A stretch of 64,000 nucleotides of DNA, taken from NCBI GenBank assembly GCA_016200225.1, contig JACQFD010000025.1, forward strand, positions 23,184-87,183, read 5' to 3'. The position numbers and the translations under genes are program-made. Below the pieces are notes generated by a model. The model was not told the DNA's origin and made no database searches. It saw only the letters and a program-made list of their open reading frames with translations. The stretch's first letter is position 1. Each line of letters starts with the position of its first letter. Source of the DNA: Planctomycetota bacterium (GTDB taxonomy: Bacteria; Planctomycetota; UBA1135; JACQFD01). Below, one piece after another: positions 18,143 to 27,387 of this stretch.

Positions 18143-19552
18143 CTATCGAACGTTTTGTTTATATCGATCCTGATAGAACTTCGTGATCTTCGCGCGGCTA
18201 TCGGCGCCCATGTCGGTCGGCCACGCGCTGCCCGAATCTTTTAGTGTACTTTCGATAAATTTTGAGACTTCCGGATTCGATTTCGCGAGATCCCGCGCCT
18301 GTTTCAGGAAATCTCCATAAAACGTGCGCGCCACTTCCGCGAAACCCTCCCATTGCGCGAACGACGGACCCATCATCGCCGAACCCATGCGCGCCTGGCG
18401 TCCATCGCGGTGCCATAGGAAATACCACGTCCACTCGATCGGGTCGTCGAACGGACTTTGTGTAATAAGTCCCGATTCCGCAAGTTTATCCATAATTTTG
18501 GTTCCCGGCTCGCCGAATCTGTTATTCCACAATTCGACGGCCGTGTCGTATTGTTTAAAATGGCCGTCGACCCACGCGGGCGAATGGCAATTTAAACAAA
18601 TGCTCTGCATGTTCACTCTGTTGACTTCCCAATCTTCGGGATGTACGGAAACGGGCGGCCGGCAATTCCACGCGATGCGCTGAGCAGTATTGTGAGTCAT
18701 CGGTTGATCGGGCGACGCGCTCATGTGACAGGTCGCGCACGTCGGCGCGGCGCTGTAATCGACCCCGACGACCCACTTTTTCTTATCGAGTTTCATCAAT
18801 CCCTGGCTCAGCGCATTGTTAAATGCGACGCCATGTTTGCTTTCTTCATAAATGCCTTCCTGCGGATGGTCCGGTCCGGTGTGGCACTTTCCGCACGCTT
18901 CGGGCCGCCGCGCCATCGATATATCAAATCGGTGTCTCGAATGGCACGCGGTGCACGCGCCGCGCGAACCGTCGGGGTTGATGCGGCCCATGCCGGTATT
19001 CGGCCACGCGCCCTCGGCGAACATGGGTTTGCCGTCGGATTCTTTAAGGATCTTTCCTTTATCATCCATTTGAAAATCAATCTTAACACCATGGCATTTC
19101 TGGCAGCCGACCGCCGCGGTGCCCTTGCCTTGCAACTTTTCCGCGAGCAGCGCGTCGATCGAACCGTCGACGTCGGCCGCGCGCGCGTGCGAGCTTTTCG
19201 AAAATTCATCGGCGATCTTTTCGTGACATCGCCCGCAGTCTTTCGGAGTGACAATGGTAGCGATCAGGCGTCCGTTGTGTTTCCACGCGTCGATGTCCTT
19301 TTCCTCGGCCTTGTGGCATTCGTAACATCCGATGCCGACTTCGCCATGGCGGCTGCCGATCCATTGGTTAACAATTGCGGGAGTCTTTTCCTTGTGGCAA
19401 TTATAACATCCGGTGCTTTCTTCCGAAAGCAACATTTCCGGCTCGGGTTTGAACCGCTGCTTGCCGCCTTCGACCCAGGCGACGATCAGCAGGGATCCCA
19501 GAAACACAATCGCCAGAATGGATACGATGATTTTCTTTGCGTCGATGGACAT
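18143..19552 (-). CDS. Hydroxylamine oxidoreductase-like octaheme cytochrome c, membrane-anchored
   Basis: 8 CxxCH; NTGMGRINPDGSRGACTACHSRH, CGKCHTGPDHPQ..IYEESKHG and APTCATCHM; N-terminal TM helix. Confidence 0.88.
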   Translation of the reverse strand: MSIDAKKIIVSILAIVFLGSLLIVAWVEGGKQRFKPEPEMLLSEESTGCYNCHKEKTPAIVNQWIGSRHGEVGIGCYECHKAEEKDIDAWKHNGRLIATIVTPKDCGRCHEKIADEFSKSSHARAADVDGSIDALLAEKLQGKGTAAVGCQKCHGVKIDFQMDDKGKILKESDGKPMFAEGAWPNTGMGRINPDGSRGACTACHSRHRFDISMARRPEACGKCHTGPDHPQEGIYEESKHGVAFNNALSQGLMKLDKKKWVVGVDYSAAPTCATCHMSASPDQPMTHNTAQRIAWNCRPPVSVHPEDWEVNRVNMQSICLNCHSPAWVDGHFKQYDTAVELWNNRFGEPGTKIMDKLAESGLITQSPFDDPIEWTWYFLWHRDGRQARMGSAMMGPSFAQWEGFAEVARTFYGDFLKQARDLAKSNPEVSKFIESTLKDSGSAWPTDMGADSRAKITKFYQDRYKQNVR

Positions 19553-19622
19553 GATGATGTTCCGAAAGTTTAATAAAATTTATGTTATATATTATAGTAA
19601 GAAATGAACGGGAACGCCGCGG

Positions 19623-20702
19623 TCACGCGATGGCCTCCCAAATCGTGAGCGCGATCAGCGTCGCGAATCCGATAATTCCGAGGAATATGGATATTTCGCT
19701 GTTCGGCCGTTTGCGGCGAATCGCCGCGTCGATGAACGGCCAGAAAAACAGCACGGCTCCCGCCATGCCGGTCGTGACGACGGCCGTTTCGAGACCGGTT
19801 AATTTTAGCCATCGGAATGTAAAGAAAAAATACCACTCCGGTTTGATGTGCATCGGCGGATTCAATGGATCGGCGCGCTCCGCGAGACCGGCGGGGAAGG
19901 CGCACGCAAGCGTATTCAATACAATCGTGATCGTTAAGAAAACGAGGCACTCCGTCAGCATGTGATCCGGAAAGAACGGAAACGATTTTCGGTCCGCGGC
20001 GCGCTTCGAATCGACTTGCGCGACGCCGTGGAGACGCACGAGAAATATATGCGAACAAAGTATCAAGAAAAGCGCCGTCGGCAGAATGCCGATGTGTAAT
20101 ACAAAGAATCGCGTCAGCGTGTTGTCCGAAATGTTATCGCCGCCGCGCAGTAGCGACGCGAGATATTTGCCGATGAGCGGCGTCGCGGCCGTCAGATTGC
20201 CCGCGACCGTCGCGCCCCAATAGGATAATTGTTCGTATACGAGCGAATATCCGGTGAATCCGAAGAATAGTGTAATTCCGAGAATCGCGACGCCCGCCAT
20301 CCACGTGAATTCGCGCGGTTTTCTGTAAGTTCCGGTGAAATAGACGCGCATCACATGTAATATTACAGATGCGATCATCAAATGCGAAGACCATCGGTGC
20401 ATGCTGCGGATCCACCAACCGAAGGTCACTTCCTCGGTGATCCTTTTTACGGAATCGTAGGCCCGGTCGGGCGACGGAACATAATAAAATGTCAATAAGA
20501 TCCCCGTCGTGACCTGCACGAGAAATAAATAAAGCGGCGTGCCCCCGAGCGCGAACCACCAACGCTTCAAATGTCCCGGTATCGGTTCGTTCAATCCCTC
20601 GACGAGGCCCTCGGATCGGATCGGAAGCCGCTCGGCGAAGAAACCCTTTTTTACAGTTCCTGCGGCCCCGGGCTCGCTTCCCGCGTGATTCGTAGTATGC
20701 AC
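19623..20702 (-). CDS. Cytochrome b of a Rieske/cytochrome b complex (b6 plus subunit IV-like)
   Basis: RSMHRWSSHLMI..LHVMR, TGYSL, SYWGATV, RFFVLH and the HIKPEWYF Qo-site motif. Confidence 0.93.
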   Translation of the reverse strand: MHTTNHAGSEPGAAGTVKKGFFAERLPIRSEGLVEGLNEPIPGHLKRWWFALGGTPLYLFLVQVTTGILLTFYYVPSPDRAYDSVKRITEEVTFGWWIRSMHRWSSHLMIASVILHVMRVYFTGTYRKPREFTWMAGVAILGITLFFGFTGYSLVYEQLSYWGATVAGNLTAATPLIGKYLASLLRGGDNISDNTLTRFFVLHIGILPTALFLILCSHIFLVRLHGVAQVDSKRAADRKSFPFFPDHMLTECLVFLTITIVLNTLACAFPAGLAERADPLNPPMHIKPEWYFFFTFRWLKLTGLETAVVTTGMAGAVLFFWPFIDAAIRRKRPNSEISIFLGIIGFATLIALTIWEAIA

Positions 20703-20704
20703 GG

Positions 20705-21178
20705 TCAGCCCTCCGTCAATGTAATATAAAGAGCGCTATCCACGGGTTGAATTTCATATTTCGCGAGGCGCTGGCCGGCTTTCGCGGGCGGACCCGAAAT
20801 GGCGACGCCGTTCACGTCGAAAACGCCGTTGTGGCACGGACAAATGAACTGTTTGGAGGATTCGTTCCAATGCACTTTGCAGCCGAGATGCGGGCAGACG
20901 TCCGAAAGCGCAGTGAATTGTTCCCCTGTATTCGTAATAACTACTTTTCGGCCGTCGGGAGAATTGTAAATTTTGCTCGTGCCGGCGGGAATGTCGTGGA
21001 CGCCGCCCGCGTAGGCTTTCCAAATCCTGGGCTTGCGATTCGGCGTCAAATATCGGAGCGCGTGCACCGCGGCCGTTCCATAGGATGCGGCGAGTCCGCC
21101 GATCATGATAATCCATGTCATCATTCCGCGCCGCGTCGGCTTTGGATTCGTAATATTTAGATCACTTGAGTTTGTCAT
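20705..21178 (-). CDS. Rieske [2Fe-2S] subunit
   Basis: Tat-like TRRG plus TM helix; CPHLGC and CPCHNG boxes. ATG at 21178 overlaps the upstream gene end. Confidence 0.93.
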   Translation of the reverse strand: MTNSSDLNITNPKPTRRGMMTWIIMIGGLAASYGTAAVHALRYLTPNRKPRIWKAYAGGVHDIPAGTSKIYNSPDGRKVVITNTGEQFTALSDVCPHLGCKVHWNESSKQFICPCHNGVFDVNGVAISGPPAKAGQRLAKYEIQPVDSALYITLTEG

Positions 21179-22583
21179 GAATCGCCTCGAGGTCTTTGTC
21201 CGCCTGATCAAATATCGACTCGGCGTAGGGGAAATTGTGCGCGGCGTGGCCGAGTTTCACTAATGCAAGATTGGCTTCGACAGTCTTAATAAGCGTCGCC
21301 GCGGCATTTTTATTTGTATCGGCGCCCTTGTACGCGTCGAAGCTCTTGCGCGCTTCCTCGAGTTTCGCCGCGATCTCGCCGCCGCGTTCGGAACCGAAGG
21401 ATTTCCAGCCTTCGAGAATGTCGCCGAAACCTTTGTCGTGGCATTGATCGCAGGACTTCGCGTCGGCGGTTAATACTAATTCTCCGCCGTTGTGCTTGAG
21501 CGTCATGTGGCATGCGAGGCAGCCCGCGCGAACCTTAAACATGGGGCTCTTGATCGCCTCGACCTCGTGCGCGCCCGTGCCCGCGAACATCTTGCGTTGA
21601 TTTGTATGATGATTCGGATGGCAGGTCTCGCAGGAAGTCTCTTTTTCGACCCAGTCCTTTTCCAATGAATGCCGGATCTCAAGATGGCAATCCTGACAAT
21701 CGATCGTCATTTCGCGGACGTGTTTTTGATGGATGAATTCCTTGTCGCCGATCCGCGAAAGATTATCCAGCGAATTGTGACATTGCATGCAGCGTTGCTT
21801 CGGCGCGTGTCCGGTGCCGCCGTTCAGCCCCGCGTGACAACTCTTACAATCGACCGGAGACTTCTCGATTTTCTTATGATCGAACGTGCCGCCGTCGATC
21901 TTAACAATTCCGGGCGCCTCGTGGCAAAGTGTACATTTCGAACGCTCGGGAGGCGCGTCCGATCTCAAATGGCAGAGCGTGCACGCGTCGCGATTCACCG
22001 TCATGTGTTCGTCGCGGAGTATTTGTGTATGACAACTCGCGCACGTCAAAAAAGATGTAAACTGCGCGGCCGGCGTGCTCGCGACGCCCGCTTTCGCCGC
22101 GGCGGCGGCGAGGTGTTTCTCATGATTAAACTTGGATTTAAATTTAGAATTCTGCGCCGTCGGAATCAGGCCTTCGAGCGAATGACATCCGGAGCGCATG
22201 CATGACTCGTCGCGGATATGTGCAAACGGTTTCGGGCCCTGCGTCCCCGTGAAATATAAAGCAACCTGCGAAATCGCCGCAATTTTGCCGGAGATGAATC
22301 CCTCCATTCCGGGCGGGAAGTGGCACGCGATGCATGTAACATTTTTGTGCGATCCCTTCTTCCACGAATCGTAATAAGGCTGCATGTAATGGCAGCTCGT
22401 ACAGAACTCCGGGCGCGACGAGTACATCATCAATCCGCCGGCGCCGGCCGAAAGGACCACCGTCGCGCCCAGCGCGATTTTCAGCGCATGAATGGTAAAT
22501 ATTGCCCCGCACACCCATCCAAAGATGCGCGCAACGAGGCGCTTCCTGGGCATCGCCGGTTTGGTGTCCGCGGGTTTATTCAT
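21162..22583 (-). CDS. NapC/NirT-type membrane-anchored multiheme cytochrome c (11 CxxCH plus one CX4CH)
   Basis: TM helix then SRPEFCTSCHYM..YYDSW..GSH..VTCIACH (NapC/NirT N-terminus), CMRSGCH and nine further CxxCH. Confidence 0.85.
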   Translation of the reverse strand: MNKPADTKPAMPRKRLVARIFGWVCGAIFTIHALKIALGATVVLSAGAGGLMMYSSRPEFCTSCHYMQPYYDSWKKGSHKNVTCIACHFPPGMEGFISGKIAAISQVALYFTGTQGPKPFAHIRDESCMRSGCHSLEGLIPTAQNSKFKSKFNHEKHLAAAAAKAGVASTPAAQFTSFLTCASCHTQILRDEHMTVNRDACTLCHLRSDAPPERSKCTLCHEAPGIVKIDGGTFDHKKIEKSPVDCKSCHAGLNGGTGHAPKQRCMQCHNSLDNLSRIGDKEFIHQKHVREMTIDCQDCHLEIRHSLEKDWVEKETSCETCHPNHHTNQRKMFAGTGAHEVEAIKSPMFKVRAGCLACHMTLKHNGGELVLTADAKSCDQCHDKGFGDILEGWKSFGSERGGEIAAKLEEARKSFDAYKGADTNKNAAATLIKTVEANLALVKLGHAAHNFPYAESIFDQADKDLEAIHDKLK

Positions 22584-22614
22584 GATCGGTTATTGTTAGA
22601 ATAATAAAACGAAA

Positions 22615-22635
22615 GCCTGGCGACGCGCGCCAGGC
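22615..22635 (-). terminator. Intrinsic terminator-like hairpin inside the cytochrome cluster
   Basis: gcctggcg-acgcg-cgccaggc 8-bp stem followed by TTTCGTTTTATTATT on the minus strand. Confidence 0.6.
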
Positions 22636-22700
22636 GCCGGAAACTTATAATGTTCGGCCGCGACGCGCGCGGCCGGAGAGTCCATTCCCAACCCTATATA

Positions 22701-23303
22701 TTATTTCTTTTCCTTTTCGGGATTCTTGTGCGCGATTTCCTTATAAAACTTCTGGAAATCGAATTCCTTATAATTTGGGGAATCTTTGTTATGGCACTTG
22801 ATGCAGGTCTTCTCGTCGGGAATGATAATACCTGCTTTTTTGCCCAGATCGCGGCTCTTGGCGTGAACGTCTTCTTTGTGATATTCGCTGCCGGGACCGT
22901 GGCATGCTTCGCAGCCGATGCCTTCGGTTTTCTTAAACGTCGCTGCGAATTCCTCGGTTTTCGAACCGTAACCGGTGGAGTGGCATTTCATGCATTGATC
23001 GCTCTTCTGCGGATCTTCGATCTTTAACTTTTCGCCGATGGCTTTCGCTTCGGGCGACGCGAGCACTTCATAAGCTTTCGCGTGCTTGGTCTTTTTCCAG
23101 ACCATGTACGCCTCGCCGGTCGTTTTCTTAATATGGCAAAGTTTGCACTTGTCGACGCCGATGTATTGCCGCACGTCCGCGGGTTTGGAATCCTGGCCCG
23201 ACAGATAAATGCATGCATTAGCATTGGCCGGCCTTGTCTGCGCCGTCGCGAAGGCAATTCCGGCCGCGATGGTAATAATTCCGAGGATGCGCCTTGTTAA
23301 CAT
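22701..23303 (-). CDS. Cytochrome c554-like tetraheme periplasmic cytochrome
   Basis: Signal peptide from ATG 23303; YIGVDKCKLCH..W..TKH, CMKCHSTG, GIGCEACHGPGS and CIKCH. Confidence 0.87.
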   Translation of the reverse strand: MLTRRILGIITIAAGIAFATAQTRPANANACIYLSGQDSKPADVRQYIGVDKCKLCHIKKTTGEAYMVWKKTKHAKAYEVLASPEAKAIGEKLKIEDPQKSDQCMKCHSTGYGSKTEEFAATFKKTEGIGCEACHGPGSEYHKEDVHAKSRDLGKKAGIIIPDEKTCIKCHNKDSPNYKEFDFQKFYKEIAHKNPEKEKK

Positions 23304-23320
23304 GATATTGACCAATAAGT

Positions 23321-24331
23321 TTAGTGATGGCAGATAGTACAATTCTCGCCGTTGTCGGCGTGAATTAATAGATTCGGCAGGTGGCACGACCGGCAATCGG
23401 CATTCGGACCGGGGTGCGGAGGAGGAGGACGGTGCGGCGCCGACAGATGGGCCGGCGTCGATTTGTGACATGCCGAACAACCGTTCGCGCTGAGTGGTTC
23501 ATGACAGGAAAAACAGTGCGCGGAAAATGTGCCGCCCCACGCGCCGAGGTGGTTCGAAGGACGCACTTCCGAGTGGCATCGTATGCAACTATCTTCGCGA
23601 TGGCACGTCCCGCACGCCTCGCGGTCGAGTTCGGCCTCGCCCGCGTGGCCGCGCTGCCGCCAGAATTCATTATGATTCGCCGGCGGCGTTTCCGCGTGGC
23701 AACGCTCGCACGAATGATCCGATTGGGGACCGTGGCAAATTAAACATTTCCCTTCGGCGAGCGCGTCGGATGAGCCGCGCACGTCGCGTCCGTGAAGTTT
23801 AAGAAACGCCGCGTTGTGCGACGGCGGCCGCGCGTCCTCTCGAATATTATTATGACAACTCGCGCAGTCGGTCTTGCGGCCCTCTTTCGCATGACACGCG
23901 ATGCACGCGTCCATTTTTACAATAACCGATTCGTCGAGATCGGTGGATTGTTCGACGTCGCCGTGGCAGTCGGCGCATTTATACATTTTCGCGACGTGCG
24001 TCTTGTGCGAAAACTTCAAATCGACGAGTTTGTTCCATTCCGGAAACTTCAATTCGGTCGACGCTACAATTACTTTTTCGAAATCCTTCGGCGTCTTGTC
24101 CGGCTTGATGTCGTGGCATGTGATGCACACGTCGCGGCTCGGCATTCCCGCGCGGTCCTCGGATTCCGCGTCCGAGTGGCACGCCTCGCAGGTCATTTCC
24201 TTTTTGATATGTGTGGCGTGCGAGAACGGTATGTCGCGCTTGCGGCCCGCCACGAGATTGACGATCACGCACCCCGCGCACAGCGCCGTGCTGAGGCAGG
24301 TGACGATAATGAGCAGGGTTCGGAGTCGCAT
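23321..24331 (-). CDS. 13-heme c-type cytochrome (cytochrome c3-like motifs), probable lipoprotein and porin partner
   Basis: 13 CxxCH; FSH.TH c3-like motifs; lipobox-like CAGC; start overlaps the porin stop. Confidence 0.87.
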   Translation of the reverse strand: MRLRTLLIIVTCLSTALCAGCVIVNLVAGRKRDIPFSHATHIKKEMTCEACHSDAESEDRAGMPSRDVCITCHDIKPDKTPKDFEKVIVASTELKFPEWNKLVDLKFSHKTHVAKMYKCADCHGDVEQSTDLDESVIVKMDACIACHAKEGRKTDCASCHNNIREDARPPSHNAAFLKLHGRDVRGSSDALAEGKCLICHGPQSDHSCERCHAETPPANHNEFWRQRGHAGEAELDREACGTCHREDSCIRCHSEVRPSNHLGAWGGTFSAHCFSCHEPLSANGCSACHKSTPAHLSAPHRPPPPHPGPNADCRSCHLPNLLIHADNGENCTICHH

Positions 24332-25779
24332 TAGAATCGAATGATAAGATTAAAATCCGCGACGTGATACTCGCCGAGCGAGTCGGACTCGAAACGGTAA
24401 CCCGCACCGATGGAAATCCGTTCGGATAATTTAACTTTTCCGCGGAGCGCATATTCGCGGCTGCGGAAACGCTCTTCGCCGAGAATATAATCGAGGCGAT
24501 ATAACGTATAATCGGTCGATGCTTCAATTCGGGCGGTCTTGCCGAAACGTTTTTCGATGCTCACACCGCCGCCGCCGGTGTTGACACTGTTGCCGTCGAA
24601 GAGGTCGCCCCGGACGGAAACGGCCACGTCTTCGATCGGAAACGGATCGAGCGTCAGCACGGCGTACACCTGATCGAATTCATGATTAAAGAGTCCCTCG
24701 CTGGTGCCTTCGAGCAGCCGCCGGATGCGGTACCCGGCGCCGAGCTCGGCCGGTTTGAAAAGCGTTTTTGATGCATTCAACCGGCCTTCCAGATATGGAT
24801 GATAATTGCCGAGGACGCCAACCATCGGCGAAAACTCGGTCGCCGGAAGATCTGTAAAATCGTTTTGGCGGAGAATTTCGCCGCTCGCGCGGAAACCCGC
24901 GTCGCTGTCCGCGTAATTCAAACTGAAGTTTTCGCGGCGCTCCTTCGTGTCGAGCATCGAGTACGAGCCGCGCGCCGTCAGCGTTTTAAGCGGATGCCAT
25001 TCGGCGCCGAAAACGCTCAGCAATTCTTCGACGCGATCGGGCAACCCTGCGATTTGCCGTCGGTCGCGCATGTAAATTTCGTCGATTGTAAATGTTAACG
25101 TTTTCGACGCGTGCAGTTTGACGCCCGTGCCCGCGACGACGTCGCCCTCGGCCGAAGCTTCATAAAAATGCACGGGGACGCCGCCGTAGAACGTGAACGA
25201 TGCGGGGCCGACGCGCTTCGTCTCGAGGTACGCGCCGTCGAAGCGAATCCCTTCTTCGCGCCAGAGCATCTGCCGGCCGACGCGGACGTTTGACAACGGA
25301 CCGCCCGGGTTTGCCTCGGCGAACGCTTCATAAAGATAACTATGGAATCTTGAATTAAAGGTTTCCGAGAGACCGAAAAACGGACTTCCGTTCTGTGGAA
25401 AATCATTAACATCCAGAATCGCCGAACCCGAGAGTCGGAAATGGAGCCCTTCTTTACCGATATTGGGAATTGTCAAGTCGAGGCCGAGCGAACCGAAAAC
25501 GTCCTGATCCTTGACCCCGGTCGGACTGCTGCGCAATCGATAGCGCAAATCGAAATATCCGTCGAGTTTCATGCCCGCGACCTTGGCCGCGGGAGATTTG
25601 TCGGTCTTTGCTCCGTCGTCAGTTTTTATGTCGGCGGCTGCGGGGCGCGATGGCGCGGACTCGGGCGTTGCGGGCGCCGTTTGCTGTTTCTCAATTTTTG
25701 CATCCTGTCCAAGCGCAACGCCGACCCACACGCAGGTCGAAGCGATTATTAATGAAAAGCGAGTGTTGCGCGGTCGCAT
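24331..25779 (-). CDS. Outer-membrane beta-barrel (porin-like) protein
   Basis: Signal peptide, alternating amphipathic beta strands, VRVGRQ..FDGA motif and C-terminal Phe (FNLIIRF); translationally coupled to the multiheme gene. Confidence 0.75.
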   Translation of the reverse strand: MRPRNTRFSLIIASTCVWVGVALGQDAKIEKQQTAPATPESAPSRPAAADIKTDDGAKTDKSPAAKVAGMKLDGYFDLRYRLRSSPTGVKDQDVFGSLGLDLTIPNIGKEGLHFRLSGSAILDVNDFPQNGSPFFGLSETFNSRFHSYLYEAFAEANPGGPLSNVRVGRQMLWREEGIRFDGAYLETKRVGPASFTFYGGVPVHFYEASAEGDVVAGTGVKLHASKTLTFTIDEIYMRDRRQIAGLPDRVEELLSVFGAEWHPLKTLTARGSYSMLDTKERRENFSLNYADSDAGFRASGEILRQNDFTDLPATEFSPMVGVLGNYHPYLEGRLNASKTLFKPAELGAGYRIRRLLEGTSEGLFNHEFDQVYAVLTLDPFPIEDVAVSVRGDLFDGNSVNTGGGGVSIEKRFGKTARIEASTDYTLYRLDYILGEERFRSREYALRGKVKLSERISIGAGYRFESDSLGEYHVADFNLIIRF

Positions 25780-25963
25780 GCGTTAAGACCCTCTTTGAAT
25801 CGGGGATTCGAAGGTCCTTTCCATTCGGAGTTTATTATTAAAAATGAATGCGAAATCCAGAACAAAATCGAAATGATAATGAAACGATTCGGATCGGGAG
25901 CGATTTCGCGAAGTTTGTTCCGCGAGCCGCCGGCCAATCGAACCGTCCGTGAATTGAGCTATC

Positions 25964-25978
25964 GCAAGGTCCGTACCG
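25964..25978 (-). promoter_or_regulatory. Sigma-54 -24/-12 promoter upstream of the porin-cytochrome operon
   Basis: Minus strand reads CGGTACGgaccTTGC, i.e. GG-N10-GC, close to the consensus TGGCACG-N4-TTGC. Confidence 0.55.
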
Positions 25979-26226
25979 TTTGGGCCGTACTCGGAATCGT
26001 CGAATTAACAGTAAATTGGTGCTCATTCAAAACGGATCGTGGGGAGTCAGCGACATGCTCAATGGTGCAGGGGGTGACAGGGCGACGCTCGGCATCGCGG
26101 CGATCCGGCCGCGGCGCGCGATGGCAAAATCGAGGCTTCCGCGCTCCGCGGAATTGTTAAGAGTCGGCGCGGGACTCACGCGCGCGGGGGTCGACTGTTT
26201 TTCTTAAATAATCAAAAACGCCGAGT

Positions 26227-26442
26227 CTACTTTCCGGCCTGCAGCGCCAATTGCTCGAGTCTCAACGCTTCGCGCGCTTCATTCGAAACGGAAAATGTGT
26301 CGCGGATGTCGTCTTTGTTAACTTTATCGTTATCGTTGTTTTTAGTAGTCTTCGCGGTCGGATCGACCGCGGTGGCGCGAATGAGGACTTGAATCGCGCC
26401 GGCATTCGAGCAGGAATTGGAACCGCAGCAGGAAACGGACAT
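26227..26442 (-). CDS. Small hypothetical protein with Cys-rich N-terminus and D.FSVS.EA motif
   Basis: GGAG RBS before the ATG; 71 aa; C-terminal DTFSVSNEAREAL. Confidence 0.55.
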   Translation of the reverse strand: MSVSCCGSNSCSNAGAIQVLIRATAVDPTAKTTKNNDNDKVNKDDIRDTFSVSNEAREALRLEQLALQAGK

Positions 26443-26580
26443 GGTGCACTCCGTGAATGATCGTGAACCCCAACTTCAACGAATGAGCATCGGGCAGGGC
26501 GATGACGTCGCTTGAGCGCCCGCTCCGGGGCCGCATCGAATCGATACAATCGACGTGGAAGAAATTTCCGCATGCTAATT

Positions 26581-27258
26581 TTATTTCTTTTTCCGCGGCT
26601 CGTCGGCGCGGAGCGTTCGAAGTTCCGCGACCGGACAGTCGGGACCCGGAATTAAATATTCATCGGGTCGCAGAATTCCGTCTTTTCGGAGATTGTTTAA
26701 ATTGTATTCCCGAATGTCTCCGTTCGCGAACAAAACTACAGTAACGAATTGATGATTTGGCGTGGGATCCGTTGGATCCAAGGCAAATTGATTATCATCG
26801 GCGACGAGAGCCTGCGCGCTTGGATTTTTATCAATATCGGGATACGTCTCGAGATCCCGGCCGGCGTAGCCGGTGTATGTGCCGTCGACTGCGTCCCAAT
26901 CGTCGAACCAATTCGAAGGTCTGCGACCTCGGATACCCGTTAACAATTGGTGGCGAATTCCCGGGCAGGTGAACCGCTTTGCAAACGTATCATCTTGCAC
27001 GGTCGGGTCCACGCGCCACAAAGATAAGAAAAACTTGACGCCGGATTCCTTGGGCCAGTCGCGGAATCGCAACTTGTATTGTATTAAATCTTTATACAAT
27101 TCGCTTAAGTTAGCCCTGCAGGCCTCCACGTTCGCTTTGTCGATCGCCCCCGGAATTTTCTGGACGTACACCGCAAAAACAAGCACGGGAATCAAGAACA
27201 GAGCCAATATCACAATGGCTCCAATAATAACTATTTGTTCCGAATACTTGGCGCCCAT
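26581..27258 (-). CDS. Pseudopilin/type II secretion-like protein (planctomycete prepilin-like)
   Basis: N-terminal hydrophobic helix, ACRANL..L, FTCPG and NH..VTVVLFANG (H-X9-DG-like). ATG at 27258. Confidence 0.6.
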   Translation of the reverse strand: MGAKYSEQIVIIGAIVILALFLIPVLVFAVYVQKIPGAIDKANVEACRANLSELYKDLIQYKLRFRDWPKESGVKFFLSLWRVDPTVQDDTFAKRFTCPGIRHQLLTGIRGRRPSNWFDDWDAVDGTYTGYAGRDLETYPDIDKNPSAQALVADDNQFALDPTDPTPNHQFVTVVLFANGDIREYNLNNLRKDGILRPDEYLIPGPDCPVAELRTLRADEPRKKK

Positions 27259-27387
27259 ATTATTTATAATGTCAATCGAAGAACGCGAAGATGTCGCGAT
27301 CGCCGCGAGGCGAAACGAAATGGTAGCGATTGCGCGATTCGAGGTTGCAAGAAAAGACGGCCGGTCGTGGTCCGCCATTGACGTCGC

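Noticed and set aside
18143-21178. Anammox or nitrifier interpretation of HAO plus Rieske/cytochrome b
   Set aside because: No hydrazine synthase or amo genes in the window, and no apparent cross-link Tyr.
25870-25890. Fur-box-like AATGATAATGA upstream of the porin
   Set aside because: Only about half the consensus matches and it is not palindromic; it lies in an AT-rich stretch.
25795-26160. 121-aa plus-strand ORF upstream of the porin
   Set aside because: No recognisable features, and it spans the likely promoter region.
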